Assembly (NCBI GenBank): GCA_019312835.1
Contig: JAFDCJ010000333.1
Span: forward strand, 303 to 64,302
DNA length: 64,000 bases
Reading direction: 5' to 3'
Source of the DNA: Deltaproteobacteria bacterium
Lineage (GTDB): Bacteria; Desulfobacterota; Desulfobacteria; Desulfobacterales; JAFDCJ01
The notes beneath the pieces were generated by a model. It was not told the DNA's origin and did no database searches. It was given only the letters and a program-made list of their open reading frames with translations. Below, one piece after another: positions 27,734-35,690 of this stretch. Within the stretch, counting starts at the first letter, position 1; each line of letters starts with the position of its first letter. The position numbers and the translations under genes were made by a program.

Positions 27734-28493
27734 ATGCAACTGGATATGCATTTTTACGGTATCTATGCCCTGGCCCACAAAACACAGCCGTACGGACCCC
27801 ATCTGGCCGGCATCACCGCGCATGTGTACGCCGATACCTTTGCGCATTTTGGTTTCGTCGGGCTGAGTTGCGACTGGAACAAAGTGAAGGTTGAATCCGT
27901 CACCCCGCGCAGATCCCACACGCAACGAATATTGAAATACATCAGTGACAAATTTGAAAACTTCAAGGTAAGAATCGCCGGAACCTTCGCTGAGACAGTA
28001 CCCGTCGGCCACGGTGCGGTGGCCACTTATCCGGATCGACCGTATTTAAAATGGCAATACCTCCCCGAGGACGGCCGGGAGTTGGTGAGAAGAGAAAATC
28101 CCAAGGATTTTGTCAAGGCCAGTGAGTTGCTTTACGGTTTTTTTGTCGATTTTCTCGTCGACAATCCGGAACACGGTCGACCGGATGAGCGCGGCTGGAA
28201 CAGTATCAAATCTGCCATTGAGGATATTATCCGCAAGGAAGGCAAAAAACAGGAGCGTATTGATCAGTGGATGCGCGCCATATCGCGCAATGCGCTTTTT
28301 CAGGCCACCCAGAAAGACAAAAAGGGTGAAGTACGACGAGGAATCGTGGCAGTACCACCGGATCAGCAGCCATATAGCCGCCCACAAAACCCTGGCCAAT
28401 TGTGATGCCAGCCATTTTATCCATGCGGCCTGGCTGCACCGGAACTATGTCCTCCACCAACTTTTACCTGAAATGGATTTGGTCGCCAGTTAA
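27734..28493 (+). pseudogene. DUF6765-like gene remnant with apparent internal deletion and a frameshift
   Basis: MQLDMHFYGIYALA start jumps directly to GITAHVYADTFAHFGF; GHGAVATYPDRPYLKW motif; frame switches in the A-rich tract near 28320 and continues as VKYDEESW...HFIHAAWLHRNYVL to 28493. Confidence 0.6.
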
Positions 28494-28519
28494 AGGCAAC
28501 CCCCGGGGGGAATTGCATC

Positions 28520-29644
28520 ATGGCTGAATATATTGTTAAGCCGGGTGATACGCTTTCGAAAATCGCGACCAGCAAATTGGGCTCGGCCGGCCAATGGCGT
28601 GTTATTGCCGAGTTGAACGGCATCGTTAACCCCGGCCGCATTCGGGTCGGGCAACGGCTGCAACTGCCGGGGACCGCAGCCGAAGTTCCCAGTGTTGTAA
28701 ATACCGCCGAAGGTGTCCAAGCCGTCAGCAAGGAGCGGGTTCGGATCAGTACCGAAGGCAACGCGGTATATGCAACCATGATGGCCAGACCCGAAAAGAT
28801 TTTTGTGGGCCGCTTGCACCGCAAGGGGCTGTATCGGGTCGGTTTACACGAGCCCGAAAATTATATTGTCAATCATCGTGTCAAACTGCAGGAAGTAAAT
28901 TTGACCGATTCCGAAATGAATGTCATTTTTGCAACTTCCGAGAATGAAGGCAACCTGGACGCCGTGAATACCTGGGACAATCAATTCATAAGTTTCGGGA
29001 TGTTCCAATGGACGGCGGGTGGCGCCGGCAAACCCGGCGAACTGCCGGTACTGCTGAAAATCATAAAGGACAGCTATCCGGATAATTTTCAGCATTACTG
29101 GGGACAGTTCGGGCTGGATGTGGTCGATGTGGGTAATAAAACCGGCTGGTTCAGTTACCGTGGCAATAAGCTCGTATCATCAGCAGACAAATCCATCCTG
29201 CGCGAGCATATCTGGGCCTACCGCTTCGCCAGGGCGGGTGCCGATATCGAAGTTCAGGCCGCCCAGATAAGGCATGCCGTCAATCGGATCAGGCAATTTT
29301 ATTTTGCCAGCTCTTCCAAGCTCAGGGGTTATTCGTTGGCGGATCTGATCACCTCGGAATACGGGGTCGCCTTGCTGCTGGACAACCATGTCAACCGGCC
29401 CGGCTATGTGCACAGCTGTGTGGCGGAGGCCCTGGAGCGCAGCAACCTGTCCGCCGGGGAACTGGCCCGGGGTGGTGATGAAGATGAGCAGCTGGTTATC
29501 AAGAACTACCTGGATGTGCGCGAGACGTACGGCAAGTATCCCATGACGGATGCGAGACAGCGGGCGGCGGTAACCCGCGGCTACGTGGTCGACGGGATCA
29601 TCTCCACCAGCAGGGGGTCCCTGCTAACCGAGACCGTGGCCTAA
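28520..29644 (+). CDS. LysM-domain protein with C-terminal lysozyme-like domain
   Basis: YIVKPGDTLSKIA...W..IAELN....PGRIRVGQRL LysM; SENEG..DAVNTWD....SFG.FQWT glycoside-hydrolase-like motif; LLDNHVNRPG. Confidence 0.75.
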   Translation: MAEYIVKPGDTLSKIATSKLGSAGQWRVIAELNGIVNPGRIRVGQRLQLPGTAAEVPSVVNTAEGVQAVSKERVRISTEGNAVYATMMARPEKIFVGRLHRKGLYRVGLHEPENYIVNHRVKLQEVNLTDSEMNVIFATSENEGNLDAVNTWDNQFISFGMFQWTAGGAGKPGELPVLLKIIKDSYPDNFQHYWGQFGLDVVDVGNKTGWFSYRGNKLVSSADKSILREHIWAYRFARAGADIEVQAAQIRHAVNRIRQFYFASSSKLRGYSLADLITSEYGVALLLDNHVNRPGYVHSCVAEALERSNLSAGELARGGDEDEQLVIKNYLDVRETYGKYPMTDARQRAAVTRGYVVDGIISTSRGSLLTETVA

Positions 29645-29732
29645 CAATTCGATTTTTTTATTCAGATCCGGCTACCCAAGGTCTAGTAGCTGTCTGGCAT
29701 TAAATCATTGGCAGGCGAGGAAAGGAGTGAAT

Positions 29733-30206
29733 ATGAGCGATCAAGTTGTCTATACGTCTGAATCGAGGATTGAACGGATTAAAGGACCCCTGCGGCGCGC
29801 CTATTTGCCACAGGTTAAGGAGCCGGTATTGTTCGGTGTGCATTCTGAGATCGCTGCCCATTACGGGGTCGATCCCAACGTCCATGCGCCCCAGGCAACA
29901 ACGCTGGACTACGTGGTGGCTGCGGCGGCCGGCTGACTGACCGGAACATTCGGCGGCGCGCTGGAAGCGCGCAAAATTCCGGCCGGCGAAGGTTTTTTAT
30001 CCTCAAGCGTTAAGGGTGAAATTGAACTGGAGGGCAAGGTCATGGTGATCAAACGCATCCATGTCACCTATCAGTTAAAATTACAGCCGGAGCAACGTGA
30101 AACCGCCCTAAAGGTCCACGGATTTCACATCGATTATTGCCCGGTGGCACGCACCATCAAGGGGTGCGTGGAAATTACAACCGAGCTCAAGATGGAAGAC
30201 GTATAG
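29733..30206 (+). CDS. OsmC-family protein with in-frame UGA at codon 68 (probable selenocysteine), 157 aa
   Basis: AAGGAG RBS; ...TLDYVVAAAAG-UGA(29934-29936)-LTGTFGGALEARKI...IKRIHVTY...YCPVARTI...MEDV-TAG; UGA sits at the first catalytic Cys position of OsmC/Ohr and the second Cys (CPV) is present. Confidence 0.85.
29941..29982 (+). promoter_or_regulatory. Bacterial SECIS-like hairpin downstream of the UGA
   Basis: CCGGAA...GCGCGCT-GGA-AGCGCGC...TTCCGG; apical loop starts with G, 27 nt after the UGA. Confidence 0.7.
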
Positions 30207-30400
30207 GCTGGTTCCTTGTCACTGGCGGCTGGTCCCTGGAAAAAAGGTATAAGGTCTAAGGTTATAGCTGGAAGGCATGGGCGCACGGCCCAGGGCGCAA
30301 GGCCAAAGGATTTTATCCTTTTTAAACCTTGAGTCGGAGCCCTGCGCCGTGTGCCTCCTTATAAACCAGGCACAAGCAACCAGGAGCCAACGACCAAGCT
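30207..30400. repeat. Nested heptamer-based palindromic element, copy 1
   Basis: Outer arms gctggt..ctgg / ccagg..accagg; inner arms ggcgcacggcccagggcgcaagg / ccttgagtcggagccctgcgccgtgtgcc. Confidence 0.7.
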
Positions 30401-30456
30401 TCAACAACCAGCATGGGTGCCTTGAGCATATTCGCTCAGGGCGAAAGGGGGGTAAA

Positions 30457-31038
30457 ATGGCTGCCAAGAAAATTTTAATGATCGTTGGCGATTTTGTGGA
30501 AGATTATGAGACCATGGTGCCTTTTCAGGCCTTGCAGATGATCGGTCACTCGGTCGATGCCGCATGCCCGGGCAAAAAGGCCGGAGAAGCCGTCCGCACA
30601 GCGGTTCATGATTTCGAGGGCGATCAGACCTACACTGAAAAACCGGGTCACAATTTTGCTTTAAATGCATCCTTTGATGAAATTCGTGCTGAGAATTATG
30701 ATGCCCTGATTATTCCCGGCGGACGGGCACCGGAATACATCCGTCTGGATGACAAGGTCTTGAATATCGTACGCCATTTTGCTGATGCCGGCAAACCCAT
30801 GGCAGCGATTTGCCACGGTGCACAAGTGCTGGCCGCCGCAGGGGTGCTCAAGGGAAAGAGCTGCTCTGCTTATCCGGCAGTTGGACCGGACGTCAGTACG
30901 GCCGGTGGAGAGTTCGTTGACATCCCCGTGGACCAGGCCCACGTGGACGGCAATTTGGTGACGGCACCGGCCTGGCCGGCCCATCCAGCCTGGCTGGCCC
31001 AATTCCTGAAGGTGCTGGGAACCAAAATTGAGCTTTAG
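30457..31038 (+). CDS. DJ-1/PfpI family protein (glyoxalase III / deglycase-like)
   Basis: [29 protein letters not shown] nucleophile elbow, TAPAWPAHP. Confidence 0.93.
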   Translation: MAAKKILMIVGDFVEDYETMVPFQALQMIGHSVDAACPGKKAGEAVRTAVHDFEGDQTYTEKPGHNFALNASFDEIRAENYDALIIPGGRAPEYIRLDDKVLNIVRHFADAGKPMAAICHGAQVLAAAGVLKGKSCSAYPAVGPDVSTAGGEFVDIPVDQAHVDGNLVTAPAWPAHPAWLAQFLKVLGTKIEL

Positions 31039-31049
31039 CGCTACGGAGC

Positions 31050-31335
31050 CTACCCTGGTTGCTGGGAATTATTGGTATACGGTCTAAGGTTGGAGGTGGA
31101 AGTTTAGGGCGAACGGCTCACGGCGCAGGGCACAAGGCAGAGGACCTTGTCCTTTTTGACCTTGAGCCGTGAGCCTCGCGCCGCTTCATTGACCGGCGAG
31201 CATCGAGTATACAGTAGGGTCGGCCACCGTGCCGGCCTCAGATGGCAGCCACTGTGGGCTGCCCTACTGCTGTTCCGAAGTTCGCAGCAGCCAGCAGCCG
31301 GAAACCAGCCGCCAGTGAACAGCTGCAAGCTGCCA
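31050..31335. repeat. Nested heptamer-based palindromic element, copy 2 (related to 30207..30400)
   Basis: Shares ggtata(a/c)ggtctaaggtt and tcctttt..accttgag..g.agcc..gcgccg with copy 1; arms ggctcacggcgcagggcacaagg / ccttgagccgtgagcc. Confidence 0.7.
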
Positions 31336-31351
31336 GAAAGAGGTGGATTAC

Positions 31352-32137
31352 ATGAGCGAACCCGTCGAGCTGACACAGCATGATGCCATTGCCGAAGTTG
31401 CCCTGAACCGGCCGGAAGCCTTCAATGCCTTCAACTATGATATGGTTTCTCAACTGGCCAATCGACTGACGACGCTGGCCCGTGATGACAGGGTGCGGGC
31501 GGTGATCATAACCGGCAGGGGCAAGGCCTTTTGCGCCGGAGGGGATCTGAAGTGGGCCCTCACCCATTCCAATGGGCCCGCGGCGGCCTTTCACACCCTG
31601 GCGGCCCAGTTTCACCTGGCCATTGTCGAAATTCGCAGAATGAAAAAGCCGGTGGTGGCGGCCATCAACGGCGTGGCCGCCGGTGGTGGATTCTCTCTGG
31701 CGCTGGCCTGCGACTTCCGGGTCATGGATGCGTCTGCGGTATTAAACCAGGCCTACACATCCGCCGGATTATGTATCGACGGCGGCGGCACCTTCACCCT
31801 ACCCCGATTGGTGGGTTATGCCCGGGCCCTTGAAATTGCGGCCTTTGACAAACCGATTTCCGCTCCCCGGGCCTTGGAGTGGGGATTGGTCACCACAGTG
31901 GTTGCGGATGGTCAGGCCCTTGCCGAGGCCGTGGTTCTTGCCCAGGATCTGGCCGGCCGATCTTTAAACTCCTTTGCCTGGACCAAAAGGCTCATCACGG
32001 ATTCTTTTCATACCCCGTTTGAAACCCAAATCGAAATGGAAAGGGCGGCACTGGAGGCGTGTGCCGATCATCCCGACGGCCGGGAAGGATTAAGGGCTTT
32101 TTCCGAAAAACGCAAACCCCGGTTCGGGAGCGAATGA
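31352..32137 (+). CDS. Enoyl-CoA hydratase/isomerase family (PaaG-like)
   Basis: LNRPEAFNA, AFCAGGDL, KPVVAAINGVAAGGG, DGGGT, EGLRAFSEKRKP. Confidence 0.92.
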   Translation: MSEPVELTQHDAIAEVALNRPEAFNAFNYDMVSQLANRLTTLARDDRVRAVIITGRGKAFCAGGDLKWALTHSNGPAAAFHTLAAQFHLAIVEIRRMKKPVVAAINGVAAGGGFSLALACDFRVMDASAVLNQAYTSAGLCIDGGGTFTLPRLVGYARALEIAAFDKPISAPRALEWGLVTTVVADGQALAEAVVLAQDLAGRSLNSFAWTKRLITDSFHTPFETQIEMERAALEACADHPDGREGLRAFSEKRKPRFGSE

Positions 32138-32152
32138 AACCAGCGAGCGGCT

Positions 32153-33043
32153 ATGGAAATTAGCTCGGATTATGTCGGCACCATTTTAAAGCCATATCGC
32201 GGCACCCTTCAATGGCGTGACACCATGAACTATGCCGCGGCCATTCATGACGACAACCCTCATTATTTCGATGATGAGCGCCGGGAGGGAATCATTGCGC
32301 CGCCCATGTTTGCCGTAGCGGCTACCTGGCCGATTATCGAAAACCTGCCGGAATTTATCGAAACCGATGCTTTTCCCCAGGAAGTCCTGTTAACCCTGGT
32401 GCATTACACCGAACACATCCGTTTTCACCGACCGCTGGTTCCGGGCCAGTCCCTTTCCATACGGGGCCGGGTTGCGGCCATCATGCCGCATCGCGCCGGC
32501 ACCCAGATCGTAATCTGCTTCGAGGCGCTGGACCAACATAATCAGCCGGTGTTCACCGAATATAACGGCGGCATGCTGCGCGGGGTTCAATCCATTGATG
32601 GCGCCAAGGGTACCCGTGCACTTCCAGCAGTACCCGACCGGGAGCCCGGGGCCGGGCTGAGATGGGAGCAGCGCATTTGGATAGACCCCTTGCTGCCGTT
32701 TGTCTACGACGGATGTGCCAACATTGTCTTTCCGATACACACCTCCAGAAAATTTGCTCACCGGGTCGGTTTGCCCGGAATCATTTTGCAGGGCACCGCC
32801 ACCCTGGCGCTGGCAGTCCGCGAATTGATCAACCGGGAGGGGGGCGGCAACCCCTTGAAGCTAAAAGAGCTCTACTGCCGCTTTACCGGCATGGTGTTGC
32901 CCGGCTCAGAAATTAAGATAAGGGCCTATTTCAGCAAAGACCCTGATCCAGCCGGCAATTTTTATTTTGATGTCATCAATCAGGAAGGCAAAAAGGCCAT
33001 CAGTCACGGGTATGCGCTGATCCAACCACCGGACACCCGATAA
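32153..33043 (+). CDS. Double hot-dog MaoC-like (R)-hydratase
   Basis: YAAAIHDDNP, APPMF, LVHYTEHIRFHRPL, PIHTS...A..VGLPGIILQG, RFTGMVLPG. Confidence 0.8.
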   Translation: MEISSDYVGTILKPYRGTLQWRDTMNYAAAIHDDNPHYFDDERREGIIAPPMFAVAATWPIIENLPEFIETDAFPQEVLLTLVHYTEHIRFHRPLVPGQSLSIRGRVAAIMPHRAGTQIVICFEALDQHNQPVFTEYNGGMLRGVQSIDGAKGTRALPAVPDREPGAGLRWEQRIWIDPLLPFVYDGCANIVFPIHTSRKFAHRVGLPGIILQGTATLALAVRELINREGGGNPLKLKELYCRFTGMVLPGSEIKIRAYFSKDPDPAGNFYFDVINQEGKKAISHGYALIQPPDTR

Positions 33044-33541
33044 ATCGGTTCTTGTGGGAGGGGGTATGTGGGAAAAATATGATCCCATGGTATATGCGCC
33101 CGCCGAGGTGTTCAGACAGGATCCATCGAAATCAATCCTGAAATGGCCTTTGCCGAAGCGGATATGCATGTCCCGAAAAAGGCCGGCTCTGCACTGCCCC
33201 CAATTCTTGCCGTGCTGAAAAATAGATAGCGCAGGCCCTTGGAGCCAGTCTCCCTCCCGGCCGCGACATCGATCCATTTTTTGCCGGGCGCCCTTTGACA
33301 AACCGGGTGCCGGCCGTCCATATCGGCGGCAAGGCAGCTGGGGGCTGGACGGTTCCCGGCTTTTTAAATGTGGTTACCGAGGACTGCGGCCGTTGAGACT
33401 TCGTGGACGTTTATTTAATTGGATCTTTCCGATATTTTTGTTTATAATCCCTCTGTAAAAACTTTTTTGTTGAAATATCAGGGTATCCAAGTTAGGGATC
33501 GTAGAGTAATTCCATACCGGCACTGTCTTTATCCGGCAGGC

Positions 33542-33645
33542 GTCAACGACCACCCGCAGGGCGGGTGGCGTGGACTTGCACGCCCCGGGCGTGCTTCCCC
33601 GCCCTTAGGGGCGGGGGAAGCCAAAAGCACGTCAGAGCGTTTGAC
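33542..33645. mobile_element. Possible non-autonomous IS200/IS605-type miniature element (two GC-rich hairpins, GTCAA...TTGAC ends)
   Basis: GTCAACGA-CCACCCGC-agg-GCGGGTGG at the left, CTTCCCCGCCCTTAGGGGCGGGGGAAG at the right, terminal TTGAC; no ORF. Confidence 0.4.
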
Positions 33646-33730
33646 TCCGCGGTTGTGACCGGGTGCTGGTCCCGCCATGGCGGGATTTGAAAACAACCAA
33701 ACAAAAATTTATCTTTTCTCGTAATTGGCC

Positions 33731-34831
33731 ATGGTAGATTTCGATCGGAATAAAATTTCCTTTATTTTCCTGGGCATCCTGGTGCTGGTGGCTGTCGGTG
33801 TCGTGCTCAAGTATGCCGGGGCCGCCATCCTTCCACTGATCATTGCCTGGCTGGTTTCCTTCCTGATCGGCCCGGTGGTCAACTTCATGACCGACCGCAA
33901 AGTTCCCGCTACCCTGGCGGTGTTCATCGTCCTGATCTTCCTGGTGGGCGTTATCTACTTGTCGGGCACCTTTCTGTATTCGCGCATATCGGCTTTTTAC
34001 GAGGCTTACCCCAGATATCATGCGCGCATGACCGAGTTGGTCGCCACCCTGGCCAGCCAGCTCAATCTCGGTTCCGATCCTCTTGCCGACTTCAACTGGG
34101 GGCAGAATGTCTATCGCTTTTTGGGGACGCTGTTCGGGTCCATCTTCGCCTTTGCCTCCAAGCTGGTGCTTGTGGTCATTTTCTTGTTTTTTATCCTGCT
34201 GGGTAAACCGTTTTTTAAGTACAAGATCCTGAAATCCTTTTCCCATGACCGCGCCAACCAGTTAAGCCAGATTACCTATTCAATCACCACCCAGATCCGG
34301 CGTTATCTGTCCTGGCAATTTGTCATCAGTTTTGGTACCGGATTTCTGGTGTGGCTGGCCCTTTCATTAATCGGCGTGGATTTTGCGGTTACCTGGGGCG
34401 CCTTGGCATTTTTCCTCAATTTTATTCCGACCGTCGGCTCCATTGCGGCCTCCATCCCGCCGATCCTGCTGGCCCTGGTCCAGTTTTATCCCAGCTTCTG
34501 GCCCGGCGTGATCACGTTTTTTGCCCTGTTGACCATCCAGCTAAGCATCGGCAACGGCATTGCGCCGAAAGTTCTGGGGGATCAACTGAATCTCAGTCCG
34601 GTGGTTATATTGCTATCGTTGTTGTTCTGGGGCTGGCTGTGGGGTATTATCGGCGCGCTGCTGTCAATCCCGATTACGGCCGCCATCAAAATTGTCTGTG
34701 AGAATATCGAGCAGCTGCAGCCCGTCAGCGTCATGATGGGATCGGGCAAAAGCTACCAGCGGGAATTTAAGAAGTTAGAAAAAACCTTTCCGGAAGTCAG
34801 TGACCTGATTAATCCCCCCAAAGACAACTAG
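33731..34831 (+). CDS. AI-2E family transporter
   Basis: Multi-TM protein with LNFIPTVGS, GNGIAPKVLG..LNLSP, FWGWLWGIIGALLSIP. Confidence 0.92.
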   Translation: MVDFDRNKISFIFLGILVLVAVGVVLKYAGAAILPLIIAWLVSFLIGPVVNFMTDRKVPATLAVFIVLIFLVGVIYLSGTFLYSRISAFYEAYPRYHARMTELVATLASQLNLGSDPLADFNWGQNVYRFLGTLFGSIFAFASKLVLVVIFLFFILLGKPFFKYKILKSFSHDRANQLSQITYSITTQIRRYLSWQFVISFGTGFLVWLALSLIGVDFAVTWGALAFFLNFIPTVGSIAASIPPILLALVQFYPSFWPGVITFFALLTIQLSIGNGIAPKVLGDQLNLSPVVILLSLLFWGWLWGIIGALLSIPITAAIKIVCENIEQLQPVSVMMGSGKSYQREFKKLEKTFPEVSDLINPPKDN

Positions 34832-34852
34832 GTGCAAATTAACCAAATCCAA

Positions 34853-35464
34853 TCATTCCCAGCCGGCCTGCTTCCGCAGCGACCTCAATGTTTGCACCAG
34901 GCAGGCTTTTAAGGTGTCATTGATGCCCTGGCCGGTCATGGCGCTGGCTTGAAAGGAGGGCGCCTTGAGCTGGCGGTTATAAGCATGCTCCATTTCTTCA
35001 ATTGTCATCAAGGGCAAGCCTTCGGCGGCCAGGTCCCTTTTATTCCACTGCATGACCAGGGGTAGTGTCATTATATTCAAGCCATACCCTTTCAGGTTTT
35101 CAGCAAGGTTTTTCAGGGAGAGAATGTTTTTTTCATGGCGGATTTTCAGGGAATCGGCGACAAAAACAACGCCGTCGACCCCTTTTAACACTAGTTTGCG
35201 GGTGGAATTGTATTTCACCTGGCCCGGGACGGTGTAGAGCTGAAACCTGACATCGCACCCCTTAATTTTTCCGGCATCCATAGGGACAAAATCAAAAAAA
35301 ATGGTCAGATCACCTTTGGTTTTGATCGAGACCATTTCATCGGTCATCAACCGGCGGCTGTTTCTGAAGACATACTCCAGGTTGGTCGTCTTGCCGCAGC
35401 GGCCCGGGCCGTAGTAGACGATCTTGCACTCAACTTCTCTTTTTTTCAAGTTAATGATCGCCAT
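34853..35464 (-). CDS. mglA: MglA-family small GTPase (orphan, no adjacent mglB)
   Basis: KIVYYGPGRCGKTTNL, T.FFDF, LYTVPGQV, RKLVLKGVDGVVFVADS, NKRDL. Confidence 0.88.
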   Translation of the reverse strand: MAIINLKKREVECKIVYYGPGRCGKTTNLEYVFRNSRRLMTDEMVSIKTKGDLTIFFDFVPMDAGKIKGCDVRFQLYTVPGQVKYNSTRKLVLKGVDGVVFVADSLKIRHEKNILSLKNLAENLKGYGLNIMTLPLVMQWNKRDLAAEGLPLMTIEEMEHAYNRQLKAPSFQASAMTGQGINDTLKACLVQTLRSLRKQAGWE

Positions 35465-35548
35465 AAGCGTCAAATGCCCGGATAACTGTTTTATTTACAG
35501 CGCAATTCCTTCGCAACCGTCCAATTTCTAAAAAGCCCATCGTAAATA

Positions 35549-35577
35549 ATTATAGAAAGCCCCCCAAGCTGTGTCAA
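35549..35577 (-). promoter_or_regulatory. Consensus sigma70 promoter for mglA
   Basis: Minus strand exact TTGACA-17 nt-TATAAT, about 85 nt upstream of the ATG. Confidence 0.8.
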
Positions 35578-35690
35578 GCAACAACTCGTAAGTTGTTGTT
35601 ATTAAAATGAAATGAAATTTGGTAAGTTTACACGACATCCAGTGAGTTTGAGTTGCCCTTTTACAAAAAGGGGGCAGGGGAATTACACTC

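Noticed and set aside
29727-29936. 69-aa ORF as a standalone small protein
   Set aside because: It is the 5' part of the UGA-containing OsmC gene that continues to 30206
30277-30456. N-terminal extension of the PfpI ORF
   Set aside because: Runs through the repeat element; the RBS and family similarity start at ATG 30457
19079-33043. Run of unrelated, mostly co-oriented genes considered as an integron cassette array
   Set aside because: No integrase and no consistent RYYYAAC...GTTRRRY attC structure; several genes have their own promoters
33044-33420. Short overlapping minus-strand ORFs between the MaoC and AI-2E genes
   Set aside because: No recognisable motif or RBS; may be a decayed remnant but cannot be supported
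33542-33690. GC-rich structured stretch considered as tRNA-Sec or 6S RNA
   Set aside because: No TTCGA T-loop, UCA anticodon arm or cloverleaf; no long stem with central bubble of 6S size
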